NCBI GenBank assembly: GCA_951406725.2
Contig: OX597831.1
Coordinates: 23,188,001 to 23,252,000, forward strand
Length of the DNA: 64,000 nucleotides
From: Octopus vulgaris
Lineage: Eukaryota
Direction: 5' to 3'
The notes under the pieces are model-generated. The model was not told where the DNA came from and ran no database searches. It saw only the letters and a list, made by a program, of their open reading frames with translations. Made by a program: the position numbers and the translations under genes. Positions 23,311 to 35,665 of this stretch are shown here, one piece after another. Numbering within the stretch: the stretch's first letter is position 1; each line of letters opens with the position of its first letter.

Positions 23311-24571
23311 TAGAAAGTGAATGAGTGTGCGTGTGTGTGTGTGTGTGTGTGTATGCGTGCATGTGTGATTGTGGTGGTGGTGGTGGGAGAAAGGGTAAAC
23401 CTAGTAATCATGCTTTAAGCTGCAGATTCTGGCTACAGCATGTAAAAGCGGGGTGTGGATGTGCGGGGTCGGGGAGCAAACAGTAAGTTAATTACTCGTT
23501 AATAACCTGGCTGGACACCAAACGAAAGAGTGATGAGATACTTTATTAAAGTGTGAATTAAGGCCCGCTTCCCTTTCCCCATCCATCCATCCATCTATCC
23601 ACCCACCCACCCATCCGTCCATCCATCACCACCACAACATCTCACCTACCTGCATACCTGCATACCTGCCTACTTATTTACCTCATGCTCAAGGCAATAC
23701 TGGCATCCATCTGCAGCAAAATCACAGAAGAAGAGGGAACTGTAGAGAGTGGCGAAGAACAAATAAAATACAAATAAAAGCCGGATTGCATAAGCCAAAT
23801 TTCATTATCAGCTTTAGTGCTTAACAAATCAAACAGAGTTGATGTTATTATTTAAAGGAAGAATAATGAAACCCTACCCATTTTTTTTTTATTGTGCTTT
23901 TGGGTTATTTTATTTTTTTTTTGCCCAAATTTGTGTTTTGTTTTATTATCGTTGTTTGTTTCTGCTTCTGTTTATGTTGTGTTTTATTATTTTTTTTTTA
24001 GTTCAACCGCATCACGGCAGCCGTTCTCCTTTTTTTTTTTTAATTGCCAAAGAGGCATGTTGAGTACCAGCATTTGTATGTGTGTGCATGTGCGCGTGTC
24101 TGTGTGTATGTGTTTGTTTGGAAGGGGGGAGGGGTTGATGGGGGTTGTTTCACTTTCACTTTTGCTTTCATTGAAAGTCTCCAAAGGAAAGAAAGCTACA
24201 ATCAATGAGTGATGTATGGGCAATAATGTGTGTTTGTTCATTAGGGGGCAAGGCATAATTCTCCAATACTCCTCCTCCTCCTCCCCCTCCTTTTCACAAC
24301 AGTGATGACCACTGCTGCCAGTGCTGTTGTTGCATTTGCCAATTCCAAAACCACTGACACCATCGCCAGCACTACCACAACAACCACCACCACCAACACA
24401 AGTATACCTCCACCCTGTATCTTCTAAACAAACACAGTGATTTGTAACTTATTGTCTTTACTGTGCAACATCAATAACAACAACAATAATAATGGCTGTG
24501 ACATTGAACATTATTATTAGCTTTATTATTATTATCATTATTACTATTGCTGTTCTTGTTGTCGTTATTGC

Positions 24572-24630
<59 letters not shown>

Positions 24631-24883
24631 TGTAAGTGATGAGTTGGTTCATTTGAAACACAATGAAGAGCTATAACTCTTACAATGAAACAACTTTCCC
24701 AAGAAACTCTCAGCAAAGAAATAAAGAGAGAGTAGGATTGGGGTGGGGTGGGACGAAGAGATGGTAAGGAATCAAACAAGAAAGGAATGGTATTTGTAAG
24801 ATGGACAGAAAGATGAAATTTGTGATTCTGAGTCCCCATAGATTTTCATCAAACTTAATATATATCTCTAATCTGTTCTCCAG

Positions 24884-25038
24884 ATGTATATACGTATACA
24901 TACATATGTATATATATATATATGTGTGTATATATATGTATATATATATATATATATATGTATGTATATATATATATGTATGTATATATATATATATGTA
25001 TGTATATATATATATATGTATGTATATATATATGTATG

Positions 25039-25113
<75 letters not shown>

Positions 25114-25180
25114 ATATATATATATGTGTGTGTGTATATATATATGTGTATATATATATGCGTATACATATATGTGTGTG

Positions 25181-25212
<32 letters not shown>

Positions 25213-25259
25213 CATGTATATATATATATGTATATATATATATATGTATATATATATAT

Positions 25260-25316
<57 letters not shown>

Positions 25317-25370
25317 TATATGCATACATCCATATATATATACACACATATATATATACATAAATACATA
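24884..25370. repeat. TA-rich compound microsatellite
   Basis: Direct inspection. Confidence 0.95.
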
Positions 25371-26128
25371 TGCTAAAATGTTTATTCAAATATTATATCC
25401 AGGATTGTCTAATATGCCATAGTAATTTTAAGAGAGTAAAGCGCAATTTGATGCAGAAAATATAGCTGGCTGCTATTTCTAACGGGTCAAAGAACAATAC
25501 AGAAGATCTACAGTTGAATGGTGTAAGTCCTAGTCTCTCAACTAAGTATAGGTAGCTTATAAACATATGTTCAGAATGTGGTGATAATCTGACAATAACT
25601 GTGTGAGATCATTCATACTATACACCACACAGCAGATTATGTTATTTGTCATGATTACATACAATCTTGTGGTAAACATTGTTTTCTATGGGTTCAAATT
25701 AAAACTTAAATTAAGAGGAGTTAATTATTGCTTCAACCCCAGCTAATTTGTGTAGTAAAACCATATGAGTTTTCATACAAGAAAACATAATAATTATATG
25801 TCGGTGAAACTTAGCAGTCTCAGAAAAAAGATACATTTTTGTTTTGTGTATATAATGTTAATGGCAGACATCTCTCTGAATAAGTTATGAATATAAATTC
25901 TTCTATGAATCCCAGAAGAATTCCAAAATAGGTAGGTTAGTGTTAATGCATTTTATACATATATATATATATATATATATATAGCTGCAAGAATGTCCGG
26001 GGAAAAATATCCAGGTATGTCTGCTACATGAAAAATTAATGTTTGTGTAGTGTGTGTGTATGTGTAAATGTATGTATTATGTAGACAGTCAAGACATTCA
26101 TATACACACACAATTTATATATATATTT

Positions 26129-26237
<109 letters not shown>

Positions 26238-26309
26238 GTATGTGTACATGTGTATTTGTATTTATATGTATATCGTGTACACTCACAATATATATATGTA
26301 TGTAGGTGT

Positions 26310-26346
<37 letters not shown>

Positions 26347-26589
26347 GTATGTATGTATAATGGATACAGATATAGCTGCGTGCTTAAGAAGTTCACTTCA
26401 CACTCAGGTGATTCCTAGTTCAAATCCTCAGTGTGGCACTTGGACAACTATTTTTGTCTCACATCATTCTTTCAGCGAACAGAAAACATATAAATACTTG
26501 ACTGTGAGAAAACTCAGAGCAGGAAAAGACAGAACTGGCGTTTGTACTTCCAGGAAAAATCAAAAAATTTGATTTAAATGTTTAAATAC

Positions 26590-26870
26590 CAGGTCCAGTC
26601 AGGGGTCAGGTCGGGTATGGGGGGGATGTACCCTCTCAGTGAGTCACTGCACCTACCATTTGTCGGTGGTTGCTTGGGTTGACCCAGCAGTATCCCAGAC
26701 AGTCCTCACCTGTGTGAGATGTTTCTTCATCTGCCATGACCATGTAGTGTGTGACTGACCAACAAAAGCCATCTCCCCAGCTGGAACCTCAGATAAGAGA
26801 ACATGACATGCCGTATCCAACTCAGAAAATCAAGCCACATCACCAAGCAGATGCGCACAAATCATGAGTA
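26590..26870 (-). mobile_element. Heavily decayed RTE-like LINE 3' end
   Basis: Manual translation GDVA*FSELDTACHVL...HTTWSWQM resembles GHVAR...DPAHRVL...RTTW; (GACCT)-like tail. Confidence 0.45.
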
Positions 26871-26929
26871 AATATCCAATATTGGTAATTAGAGAACCAA
26901 TAAACTTTGATGACCATTAATTAATTATC

Positions 26930-27866
26930 TTTTACCTGTTATCCCTTCCTTGTTTCAGTCATTAGACTGTGGCCATGCTGGGGCACTGACTTGAAGAATT
27001 TTAGTCGAATGGATCCACCCTGGTACTTACAAATTTTAAACCTAGTACTTATTCTATCAGTCTCTTTTGCTGAATTGCTAAGTTATACAGAAATCAACAG
27101 TGTATGTCAAGCAATGGTAGTGGACAAACAAACAGACATACATACACTACACAGTCCTATGTGCATACATGCATGCATAGATACATACACACATTCGTAC
27201 GTACACACATACGTACAAAAATACATACATGCATTCATGCGTACGTATGTATGTTATAATATATACATAAATATATATATATATGTACAATAAATTGTTT
27301 CTTTCAATTTCTACCAATTAAATCCACTCATAAGGCTTGAGTTGGCCTGGGGTTATAGTAGGAGACCTCTACACAAGTGGGACTCAACCCATAGCCAAAT
27401 GGTAGGGAAGGAAACTTCTTACTTCTTTATTGTTCACAAGGGGCTAAACATAGAGGGGACAAACAAGAACTGACAAAGGGATTAAGTTGATTACATCGAT
27501 CCCAGTGAGTAACTGGTACTTAATTTATCGACCTCAAAAGGATGAAAGGCAAAGTCGATCGCAGCGGATTTTGAACTCAGAACGTAATGGCAGATGAAAT
27601 ACCGATTTCTTTACTATCCACAAAGGGCTAAACACAGAGAGGACAAACAAGGACAGACACACGGATTAAGTCGATTACATCGACCTCAGTGCGTAACAGG
27701 TACTTAGTTTATCGACCTCAAAAGGATGAAAGGCAAAGTTGACCTCGGCAGAATTTGAACTCAGAACATAGCGGCAGATGAAATACCGCTAAGCATTTCT
27801 CCCAGCGTGCTAACGATTCTGCCAGCTCGCTGCCTTCAAACTTCTTACCACACAGCCACACCTGTA
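26930..27866 (-). mobile_element. Degenerate SINE A hosting a nested SINE B dimer
   Basis: The SINE A head resumes at 27838 (aaacttcttaccacacagccac) after the insertion. Confidence 0.8.
27423..27837 (-). mobile_element. Dimeric SINE B (B1-B1) with 11-bp TSD
   Basis: TSD AAACTTCTTAC at 27412-27422 and 27838-27848; internal junction gaaataccgatttctttact. Confidence 0.9.
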
Positions 27867-27889
27867 AAATATTAAATCAATTAAATTAA

Positions 27890-28170
27890 TTTTGAGAGGT
27901 CACAGCTCTGTTACTTCAAACATACGGTTAGAATGTCTCAGGAAAGAATTGTAAGACAGATTCTTTAAGCAAGTCAGATGACAGGAGACATGGGGGAGAC
28001 CAAGAATATGTTCGTTGGATAAAATCCAAAGTCTCAAATGGTCACAATTGGGAATCCTGCCAGAAAGACTAATGACTGCTACTTCTAATAGGACCCTAAT
28101 GAAGAAGTATGAGGACTCTCCTCCCATGGCCTTCAAGGTAGAGTGAGCAGATAAGATGGTTGAATGGATG
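27890..28170 (+). mobile_element. Decayed RTE-clade LINE 3' end
   Basis: Manual translation ERSQLCYFKHTVRMSQERIVRQIL*, then WSQLGILPE after a frameshift; matches the ERSQLRWFGHVxRM pattern. Confidence 0.65.
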
Positions 28171-28454
28171 AAATTAACTTAATCTCACAGTCCCAGACTG
28201 GATTTGAACTCTGAATTATTTCATTTGTAGACAATTCCATGGTAATGTAATTTATGTGAGTCAACTACTGCATTTGAAATGAATAATTAATTCTTCAGTG
28301 ATGACCTACCAAATCAAAGAATCATGCCGGCGAACAAAGTTTAGTATAAATGTACTTCTATAGATCAGATATCAAATTCCATGGTACTAATAAATAAATA
28401 AGCAGACTATAAGTCAATAGATAAATTGATTAAAAGTACACAATAAAACATGGC

Positions 28455-28486
28455 TAGATATATAGATAGGTAGGTAGGTAGGTAGG

Positions 28487-28533
<47 letters not shown>

Positions 28534-28587
28534 GTAGGTAGACAGATAGATAGATAGATAGATAGATAGAATGATAGATAGATAGGC

Positions 28588-28631
<44 letters not shown>

Positions 28632-28771
28632 TGATAGATAGACAGACAGATAGATAGATAGGCAGATAGATAGATAGATATCTTTCTTTATTAGCCATAC
28701 AGGGCCAAACACAGAGGGGACAAAATACAATGTAGTGCTGTTCTTATAGATAGACAGATAGATAGATAGAT

Positions 28772-28839
<68 letters not shown>

Positions 28840-28950
28840 TGATAGATAGGCAGCTAGATAGATAGGTAGATAAATTGATAGGTAGCTAGATAGATAGATA
28901 GGCAGCTAGATAGATCGATATATAAGGTGGACAGATTGATAAGTAGGCAA
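28455..28950. repeat. (GATA)n/(GGTA)n array with a 65-bp insert at 28681-28745
   Basis: Direct inspection. Confidence 0.92.
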
Positions 28951-29680
28951 CAAGAGGGATAGCTAGACAGGAAAATAGGGAGAAAGATAGACAGCCAAAT
29001 TGATAAATAGATACATCCACACACACACACACACACATACACACACATAAATGGATAAGTGGAATGGTAAATAAAAGAAATAAATAAAAAAAAGATAAAT
29101 TAATGAAGTAATAAAATAAAGGTCACTGTTAAGAATTACCATTAGTGGAAATTTCACCGAGAGGAGCCAATAAGCTACGATCGGAAGACATATTGATTTT
29201 TTACAATATTCATCAGGTTCTGCTACAACATCTACATTTATAGAGAGAACAATGGTTGTAATAACAGTAACAGCAATATCTAACAACAACAACAACGAAG
29301 ACAACAACAACAATTGCACTGACAAAAACAACAGCAACAACAACACTGACAACAACAGCTGTAGTGTAGCATTAAAAGCAATAACAGGAATTGTTCTCTA
29401 TTCTTGTTGTTATTGCTGTTGTTATCATTAATGGTGGTGATAAGGAACTCTCTTGAAAGCTGAGTCAATGAGGAGGAGTTACAACTAGACAAAATCTCCA
29501 AGCAGTTTCAATCCACAAGTGGCTTAAAAGTTTCAGCAGAAGGGGGCCCTGGGATTATGAGCTAGATGTTTCCAGGTCCCCTTAGAGCATAAGAAGTAAA
29601 GGGCCAAAACCAGGCCTGGATTAAGATCTATAGAAACCCTAAGCACCTTAAAGATTTTAGTGCCTCCATGTATGTAATTC

Positions 29681-29973
29681 GTGGAGGCGCAATAGCCCAG
29701 TGGTTGGGGCAGCTGACCTGTGGTTGGAGGATCGCAGTTTTGATTCCCAGACCGGGCATTGTGTGTGTTTATTGAGCGAAAACACTTAAAAGCTCCATGA
29801 GGCCCCAGTTGGGGGTGGTGGTGACCCCCTGTTGTACTCTTTTACACCAACTTTGTTTCACTCTTTCTTCCTGTTTCTTAAGTAATGCTGTGATGGACTG
29901 GCGTCCCGTATAGCTGGGGGAACACATATGTCATAGAAACCAAGAAATGGTCTGGCTAGGCTTGAAAAGGACG

Positions 29974-29975
<2 letters not shown>
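29681..29975 (+). mobile_element. SINE: head D plus tail Y
   Basis: gtggaggcgcaatagcccagtgg head as at 42558; tail as at 16555-16660; candidate TSD TGTAATTC at 29673-29680 and 30018-30025. Confidence 0.82.
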
Positions 29976-30020
<45 letters not shown>

Positions 30021-30117
30021 AATTCAAAATATAAAGAATAATAAATTATGAAATAAATTTTTAAGTTTTCAAAATGAAAGAAAACTAACAATAAGATGGA
30101 AAATAATTTTTATTTAT

Positions 30118-30327
30118 GGCATGGCTATTGCCAGTACTGCCTGACAGGCCCTCATGCCGGTGACATGTAAAAGCACCCACTACACTCTCAGAGTGGTTGG
30201 CATTAGAAATCATCCAGCTGTAGAAACTCTGCCAGATCAGATTGGTGCTTGGTGCAGCCATCTTGGTTTGTCAACCTCAGTCAAATCATCCAACCCAACA
30301 AACATTAAACGATGATGATGATGATGA
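30118..30327 (+). mobile_element. RTE 3'UTR end fragment with (GAT)n tail
   Basis: cacccactacactctcagagtggttggcattag...ttaaacgatgatgatg. Confidence 0.8.
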
Positions 30328-30588
30328 ATGCTTATATGATAACAGACAGGAAATTCTTTCGGTCCAGGACCTCTATATTATCCGTCTAGATTTGATCAAC
30401 ATCTTTTTGGAATCGGGATGATCGCAGGATTGAAAATCTGCCCTTAATTTGGTCCTCGAACACCCAGCATTAGGATCTGTTTTAAAAGCATATGAGGTGC
30501 TATTTTTAGCAGGTAAAACTTGGCTGATTCAAACCATTTTGGTTGGCGTTTGTTAGAAACAACAGCCATTTCTTCCTCAATTCATATC

Positions 30589-30750
30589 TTGACCTTTCTG
30601 TGTTTAAGCTGGCCATATCTGGCCCAAATAGTCTACCTTGCTTTATGTTCAAACAAGCAAGATCCAGCCTCTTATACATATCCCACAATGTCATTCTAAA
30701 AATAAACAATCACATCATTGAAATCTCAAAGCTATAAGATAATGTATGTG
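30589..30750. mobile_element. Partial copy of the 1798-2018 piggyBac-type MITE
   Basis: ggccatatctggcc...ttatgttcaaac...aaatctcaaagcta shared. Confidence 0.7.
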
Positions 30751-30981
30751 TTATGAAGAAGAAGACAGATATCAGTTGAGATCTTTGATAAACAAAATAT
30801 TTATTTATCACATAAAGAAAAAAGATCAAAACATCAATAGTTTGAATATTATTGGAAAAGTTTTTTCCTACTTTCTTTAACAACAAAGTTTTCAATCAAA
30901 TCTTCACTATGACACCATGAACACTTCGAAATTATATTTTCAATCAAATAAACCATCTTGAATATTATTTTAGCAAGTTAA

Positions 30982-31203
30982 CCCTTTCATTACTGTGTTT
31001 ATTTTGAGATGCTCTGTGTTTCTTTCAATTAATTTTAAATATAACAAAGAATTTAGTAAAATAACTTAGTAATCATTAAGCTTGTGTTAGGAACATAAAT
31101 AGTGACAAAGGTTTGGCGGGAGATTTTAATTCAGAACTTTTGAAAACAAGACATTCGTACTACAGAGCCAGAGGCGGTTTCAGCCTGGTTGGTATCGAAA
31201 GTG
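30982..31203. mobile_element. Second piggyBac-type MITE family
   Basis: TTAA-CCCTTTC left end; decayed GAAAGTG-CTAA right end. Confidence 0.6.
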
Positions 31204-31369
31204 CTAAAGGACTGGTGTGATTGTAGCAGCATTCAAAATGTGATTAGCTGCTGGTCAGCCTGTTCCATGTAAAGTATTGATTGGTCAAAATTTTTCAATA
31301 ACATAAATATTCCAATGACTGACAGCATTGGAAATAAGGATCTGATTGCTAAATATACCCACTATACAT

Positions 31370-31740
31370 CTTTTATCATATACTTGTTTCAGTCATTTGA
31401 CTGTGGCCATGCTGGGGCACTGATTTGAAGGGTTTTAGTTGAACAAATCAACACTACCTCCAGGATTTCTTCTATTGGCCTCTTATGCTGAACCATTAAG
31501 TTACGGGGACATATGTATGACCAGCACCGGTTGTTAAGCAGTGGTTGGGGACAATCACAAAGACACTCACATATATGTGCAACAGGCTTCTCTCAGTTTC
31601 CGTCTACTGAATCCACTCATAAGGTTTTAGTCAGCTGGAAGGTTTAGTAGAAGACACTTGGCCAAGGTGCCATGCAGTGGGATTGAACCTGGAATCATGT
31701 GGTTGGGGAGCAAGCTCCTTATCACACAGCCATGCCTACA
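31370..31740 (-). mobile_element. SINE A, older copy
   Basis: Tail, core and head recognisable. Confidence 0.85.
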
Positions 31741-31841
31741 AATATGATAAATTTTAAAAAATCAAATTTGAATGAGTAAGCATTACCTTTGACAGAGTAA
31801 TCTGAAAGATTAAAGGATTAATGATTTGGAAAAGGAAGGAC

Positions 31842-31985
31842 ACATCATCTTTTAATGTCTGTTTTCTATGCTGGCATGGGTTGGACAGTTTGATAAGAGC
31901 TGGACAGATGAAGAACTGCCTGGGCTCCATGTCTGTTTTGGCATGGTTTCTATGGCTGGATGCCCTTCCTAACACCAATGCAGTC
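31842..31985 (-). mobile_element. RTE 3'UTR end fragment
   Basis: atgctggcatgggttggacag and ggctggatgcccttcctaacacc. Confidence 0.75.
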
Positions 31986-32115
31986 TCAGGTAAACAGTAT
32001 CTGAGGAAAAAAGACAAGTCAAACAAGGTTGGGGAATACCTTTAGTCATTGGCTTGCTCACTCAGGACATTCCTAGGGTTAAACTATTACAATAATGGCA
32101 GCAGCAACAGCAGGA

Positions 32116-32607
32116 GTGGAGGTGCAATGGCCCATTGGTTAGGGCAGCGGACTTGCAGTCGTAAGAATGCGGTTTCGATTCCCAGACCGGGCATTGTGAG
32201 TGTTTATTGAGCAAAAACACCTAAGCTCCACAAGGCTCCCGCGGAGGTGGGGGTGAACCCCGCTCTACTCTTTCACCACAACTTTCTCTCACTCTTTCTT
32301 CCTACTTCTGCCACAAACCATACGAACCATGGTGTATTCCACTGTGGTGTGGTAAACTTTCAGACCCTAGTCTAGTTTGCAAATCCTCTGTACCCCAGGA
32401 TGGTTCAGCTCTCCACCCGTTAAAAGCCACCATTTACGGAATGAGGATAACAACGTAGCTTTCACACCCGTGCAATCACCAGTCTATCACATGTGGTGGG
32501 TGGATCTTCATGTTGCCACACGCATTCTTAGTAGCTCAGAGTAGGCTCGAATTAGAAATTATTCTTTGTGGCTAATGGCATGAGTCCTGATTGGAAGAAG
32601 AAGAAGA
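32116..32607 (+). mobile_element. SINE: head D plus tail Z, (GAA)n end, 13-bp TSD
   Basis: Homologous to 42558-43072; TSD AGCAACAGCAGGA at 32103-32115 and 32608-32620. Confidence 0.9.
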
Positions 32608-33132
32608 AGCAACAGCAGGAACAGCATATGCTCTCCTAATCTTCCTTGTCACATGGTGTAGTAATTCGATAAGATTTCTCACCCAATACTGCACAAGTCA
32701 CAATTATTTGGAATTTAATGTGGTCTATGTTTGTTAAGAAATATCTATCAATAATAATTGAGCATAAACTATTTTTTATTGAAGAAATATATTGTCATTT
32801 ACATGAACTTTTTCCCCCGCCAAACAGTACAAAACAAATAAATTTTATTTTCCTTGGCACTCAAAATTTTATTTGTTATTAAACTGAATAAATATTATCA
32901 AAGTTACATTTTTTTTCTTTATCGTTTTCTTTAGTCTTGTTTTCATATCATCCAAAGATTTGGAAAAAAAAAAATAATGAAAATGAAAAAAAATGTTAAA
33001 ACGAATATTTCAGAAGCTTTTAGATTAGAGAAAATATATTTCATTTATTAATGAAAAAATTAACAAATCATATGAAAATATCTAAACAATGAAAAAGAGA
33101 AGAAAAAAAAATATATATATACACACATATAT

Positions 33133-33177
<45 letters not shown>

Positions 33178-33208
33178 TACATGAATATATATATAAATAT
33201 ATATATAA

Positions 33209-33247
<39 letters not shown>

Positions 33248-33918
33248 AGAAATTAATAAAAAAAAAGCTAATGTAATCAACAGTCATTAACTTTTCCTAA
33301 TTACTTTTGTCACCTTTTCTATAGTAATTTATTAATTCATAAAACCTTTTGATACTAAAATAAAATAGTGTAATTTAGTGAAAGGTCAAAAGGTTACTTT
33401 TACCTAAAAGACGAAAACAAATGTTCTTTTGTTATATTTTTCAAAAGTTTCTGTCAAGGCAAGGAGGTGAATGTTATGACTTTAGGTTCCATTTGTCTTA
33501 ATTTCTTCTTTTCTTTTTACATTTTTTTATGAAATTATTAGATGCTGTATTTTTTTTTTTAAATTTGATTTCAAAAGTTTGCCTTAAAAACCGAGTTGTT
33601 TTCAACTAAAATGCTTTACAAAATAATAAACACTAATGAAAGCGTATCACAATCACATCATGTGTGATGAGATGATAGCATTACATTGCTGTGTCTCTGA
33701 TTTGTCTTCTTTCTGTATCTGATGCAAAAGACAGGCGGTTTCTACAGCAATCACCCATTCTTGTTCCCCTGAGCAAACCAGACAGCCAAGTTTGTCTGTG
33801 GTTTCTATGTCTGTAGAAGATAGCAACCAAATCTTCTTCAAACCACATGTCACAAATTAAAAAAAAATAGGAAGAAAAACAAGTGGACAATAGAAAATGT
33901 AGTAAATATGTAAATAGA

Positions 33919-34310
33919 TAGGCACAGGAGTGGCTGTGTGGTAAGTAGCTTGCTAACCAACCACATGGTTCCGGGTTCAGTCCCACTGCGTGGCATCTTG
34001 GGCAAGTGTCTTCTGCTATAGCCCCAGGCCGACCAATGCCTTGTGAGTGGATTTGGTAGATGGAAACTGAAAGAAGCCTGTCGTATATATGTATATATAT
34101 GTGTGTGTATGTGTTTGTGTGATTGTCCCCTAGCATTGCTTGACAACCGATGCTGGTGTGTTTACGTCCCCGTCACTTAGCGGTTCAGCAAAAGAGACCG
34201 ATAGAATAAGTACTGGGCTTACAAAGAATAAGTCCCGGGGTCGATTTGCTCGACTAAAGGCGGTGCTCCAGCATGACCGCAGTCAAATGACTGAAACAAG
34301 TAAAAGAGTA
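33919..34310 (+). mobile_element. Full-length SINE A
   Basis: Near-consensus. Confidence 0.93.
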
Positions 34311-34644
34311 AGTGGTAAGCTGGCAGAACCATTAACATGCTGGGCAAAATACTTACCATTATTTCGTCTGTAGTAAAGATTATTGTTTGCCAACATAACA
34401 TGTCAGTCCTGGTTTAGGACAAATGTTGCTGTAATTTAGCCCCAGGTGATATCGTCTCCAGCTGGCTATACGATACGATCTGTGTCTTTATATTTTCAAA
34501 CAAAGGAATCTACCACACCCACTCAGCTCAAAACGATATCTGTGTATCGCGATTTCTGGGTTATTTCTCTTCATTGGAACAGAATAATTGTTCAGCAAGC
34601 GGTGGCACTGCCAAATTCCTGTTCGAAATACATAGTTTTCAAAG

Positions 34645-35046
34645 TGGTGGCTGTGTTGTAAGTAGCTTGCTTACCAACCACATGGTTCCAGGTTCAGTCC
34701 TATTGCATGGCACCTTGGGCAAGTGTCTTCTGCTATAGCCTCGGGCCAACCAAAGCCTTGTGAGTGGATTTGGAAGATGGAAACTGAAAGAAGCCCATTG
34801 TGTATATGTATATATATATATATATATATATGTTTGTGTGTCTGTGTTTGTCCCCCCAACATCGCTTGACAACCGATGCTGGTGTGTTTACGTCCCCATA
34901 ACTTAGCCGTTCGGCAAAAGAGACCGATAGAATAAGTACTAGGCTTCCAAAGAATAAGTCCTGGGGTCGATTTGCTCTCGACTAAAGGTGGTGCTCCAGC
35001 TTGGCCACAGTCAAATGACTGAAACAAGTAAAAGAATAAAAGAGTA
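34645..35046 (+). mobile_element. Near full-length SINE A
   Basis: Near-consensus. Confidence 0.92.
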
Positions 35047-35502
35047 AGTCGTCTTCTTCCGTTACTTAGCCCGTCTGTAACACTTTCACATGATTAGTTG
35101 AAGGGAAAGACAAAGAACAAAAGAAAAAGGAGAGAGAAAAAGAGGGGAAGGAGAAGAGTAAAAGAAAAAGAGAGAGAGAGAGAGAGAGAGTGCTGTGTAT
35201 TAAGTCCATAAACTTGTACATGAAGTATATAAAGTGTATATATAAAGTGCATAAAGTAATCATCTTATTTCAATTTCATTCGCTTTTCAGTGAGTAGCAG
35301 ATAAGTGACGGTCTTTTGATACAGACACAACATACACTACGTTTTTGGGTTTTGGGATAAAGTTTTCAGAAATAACTTAATAGGTTCACCATTAATTCTG
35401 TGAAATATTCACAGGTTCTGCTAGTATAGACAGATAGATAATATGGCCATGGCTAGAATAGCTATGACTTTAGAAGTGCTGAATCAGAATTGACCTGGGG
35501 TC

Positions 35503-35538
<36 letters not shown>

Positions 35539-35539
35539 G

Positions 35540-35665
35540 TAAAAAAATACAAACTCAGACAAGAACGCAAAACATTTAGAAGATGATACAAAAAACACGG
35601 ACAGGACATACAAAGCCTTCAATCTTCAGTCAAGTACCGGATCATTCTCGCAATTTTGGCTGATT
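35540..35665 (-). mobile_element. Short insert in (TA)n, Penelope-like candidate
   Basis: Minus-strand CTGAAGA...TGTC hammerhead-like remnant; class is inference. Confidence 0.3.

Larger units (their letters stand above)
29611..30977 (+). mobile_element. hAT-like non-autonomous element broken by nested insertions
   Basis: Starts CAGGCCTGGATTAAG; segments 29611-29680, 30018-30118 and 30850-30977 are collinear with 62426-63080. Confidence 0.6.

Noticed and set aside
24710-25422. YIYI-type ORFs here and throughout the window
   Set aside because: Translations of (TA)n/(TG)n microsatellites
33919-33995. tRNA genes at SINE heads
   Set aside because: A/B boxes are present but I could not build a full cloverleaf, and each continues into a SINE body
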